NCBI GenBank assembly: GCA_044892525.1
Contig: CM097885.1
Location: forward strand, 19,160,001 to 19,224,000
Direction: 5' to 3'
Length of the DNA stretch: 64,000 nucleotides
DNA from: Schmidtea polychroa
Taxonomy: Eukaryota
Shown here piece after piece: positions 63,060 through 64,000 of this stretch. The notes under the pieces were generated by a model. The model was not told where the DNA came from and did no database searches. It saw only the letters and a list, made by a program, of their open reading frames with translations. Both the position numbers and the translations under genes were made by a program. Numbering within the stretch: position 1 is the first letter of the stretch; each line of letters starts with the position of its first letter.

Positions 63060-63551
63060 GTGGTGATTTATCATATTTTGTTGGTAAACAATATGGAACC
63101 GGTTGGAACGTTCAAAGACGAGAATAAAGGTCTTAAATATAAGGAATGGGTTTTTCTTAGACCTAAATGTTATAGCTTGTTCGGTGATGAGGAAACAAAA
63201 AAGGCTAAAGGTGTAACATTGAAAGGTAGTGACATAAAACATCAGTCATACCTAGATTGTTACAATAAAAATCAAATTTTTCCGATTCCTCAAACAAAAA
63301 TAACAAGCAAAAACCATCAAATTTATACAATTAAAAATGCAAAAGTAGCTCTAACTAACGCAGATGACAAAATGGTTTGGGTGGGGAAAAATACTAATTG
63401 TGCATTTGGTCATGTAAGATTAAGTCAATTAAATGATATAGAAGACGTTGGAGAAGATGTTGGAGAAGATGTTGGAGAAGATGTTGGAGATGTTGGAGAA
63501 GTTGATGAAGAAGTTTACATTGATGATGTTATTTTATCAGATGAAGATTAA
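63060..63551 (+). pseudogene. pPolB C-terminal fragment of the second Maverick
   Basis: GTFKDE, FLRPKCYS, KKAKGV, SKNHQIYT..KVAL..DDK..AFGH; the upstream polymerase is missing; acidic tail with a GEDV repeat. Confidence 0.88.
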
Positions 63552-64000
63552 TTGTATTAAATAATAATTTTATATCTTTACTTTTGTTCTTTTTACGTGT
63601 TTAGTTTTGTGTCTAGTTATTTTTTTATGTGTTTAGTGAATATTTATGTGTTGTGTAGTTTTTGGTTGAAATAATAATATTATTATTACTATTATTATTA
63701 TTATTACTATTATTATTACTATTATTATTATTTTTATTATTCCATTAAAATTTCCATTAAAATGGACTTTGAAAATTATTCCATTAAAATTTTCATCTAA
63801 AAAAATTTTATTTCTCAGAAGCTGTTGGTTATTCAAACGTTTTGTTAATAAATTTTAAAATCTTACTTTAATTACTTATTACATTACTTTTATTTACTTA
63901 TTTAACTTTAAATTAAAATTTTTGACCATTGATTACTTAATTTAAAAATTTACTTTATTGTAATTTAAAATTTTAGACCATAATTTACTGCAATTCAAAA

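Noticed and set aside
63060..63551. Second example of a stand-alone pPolB C-terminal gene
   Set aside because: It abuts a truncated penton remnant and has no convincing start, so it is better explained by an internal deletion.

Overview
This is very AT-rich eukaryotic (probably invertebrate) genomic DNA dominated by mobile elements and (AAT)n/(TA)n microsatellites, and no intact host gene could be supported. The centrepiece is a complete 14.6-kb Maverick/Polinton (adintovirus-like) element at 26086-40691 with identical 333-bp TIRs and a 6-bp ATCAAA target-site duplication. It encodes pPolB, a stand-alone paralogue of the pPolB C-terminus, a membrane protein, a fibre-like protein, penton, adenain-like protease, a pX-like core protein, a packaging ATPase, a zinc-finger/PLA2/integrase fusion (one nonsense codon) and a major capsid protein (14-bp frameshift). 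Its right arm holds an unannotated cluster of three, possibly four, tRNA-like RNA-polymerase-III units (A box, B box 44 nt later, oligo-T), reminiscent of adenoviral VA RNAs, and each TIR contains an inverted second copy of the 24-bp terminus. A second, unrelated, internally deleted Maverick (about 53611 to beyond the window end) carries a TBP-like gene, a chromodomain integrase with a 42-nt GT-AG intron, and a nested full-length Ty3/Gypsy retrotransposon with non-canonical TA...TA LTRs. The rest comprises Penelope-like remnants with hammerhead-like cores, a solo LTR, a hAT-type MITE, decayed Gypsy pieces and an actin pseudogene. All calls come from reading motifs by eye; no database searches were run.
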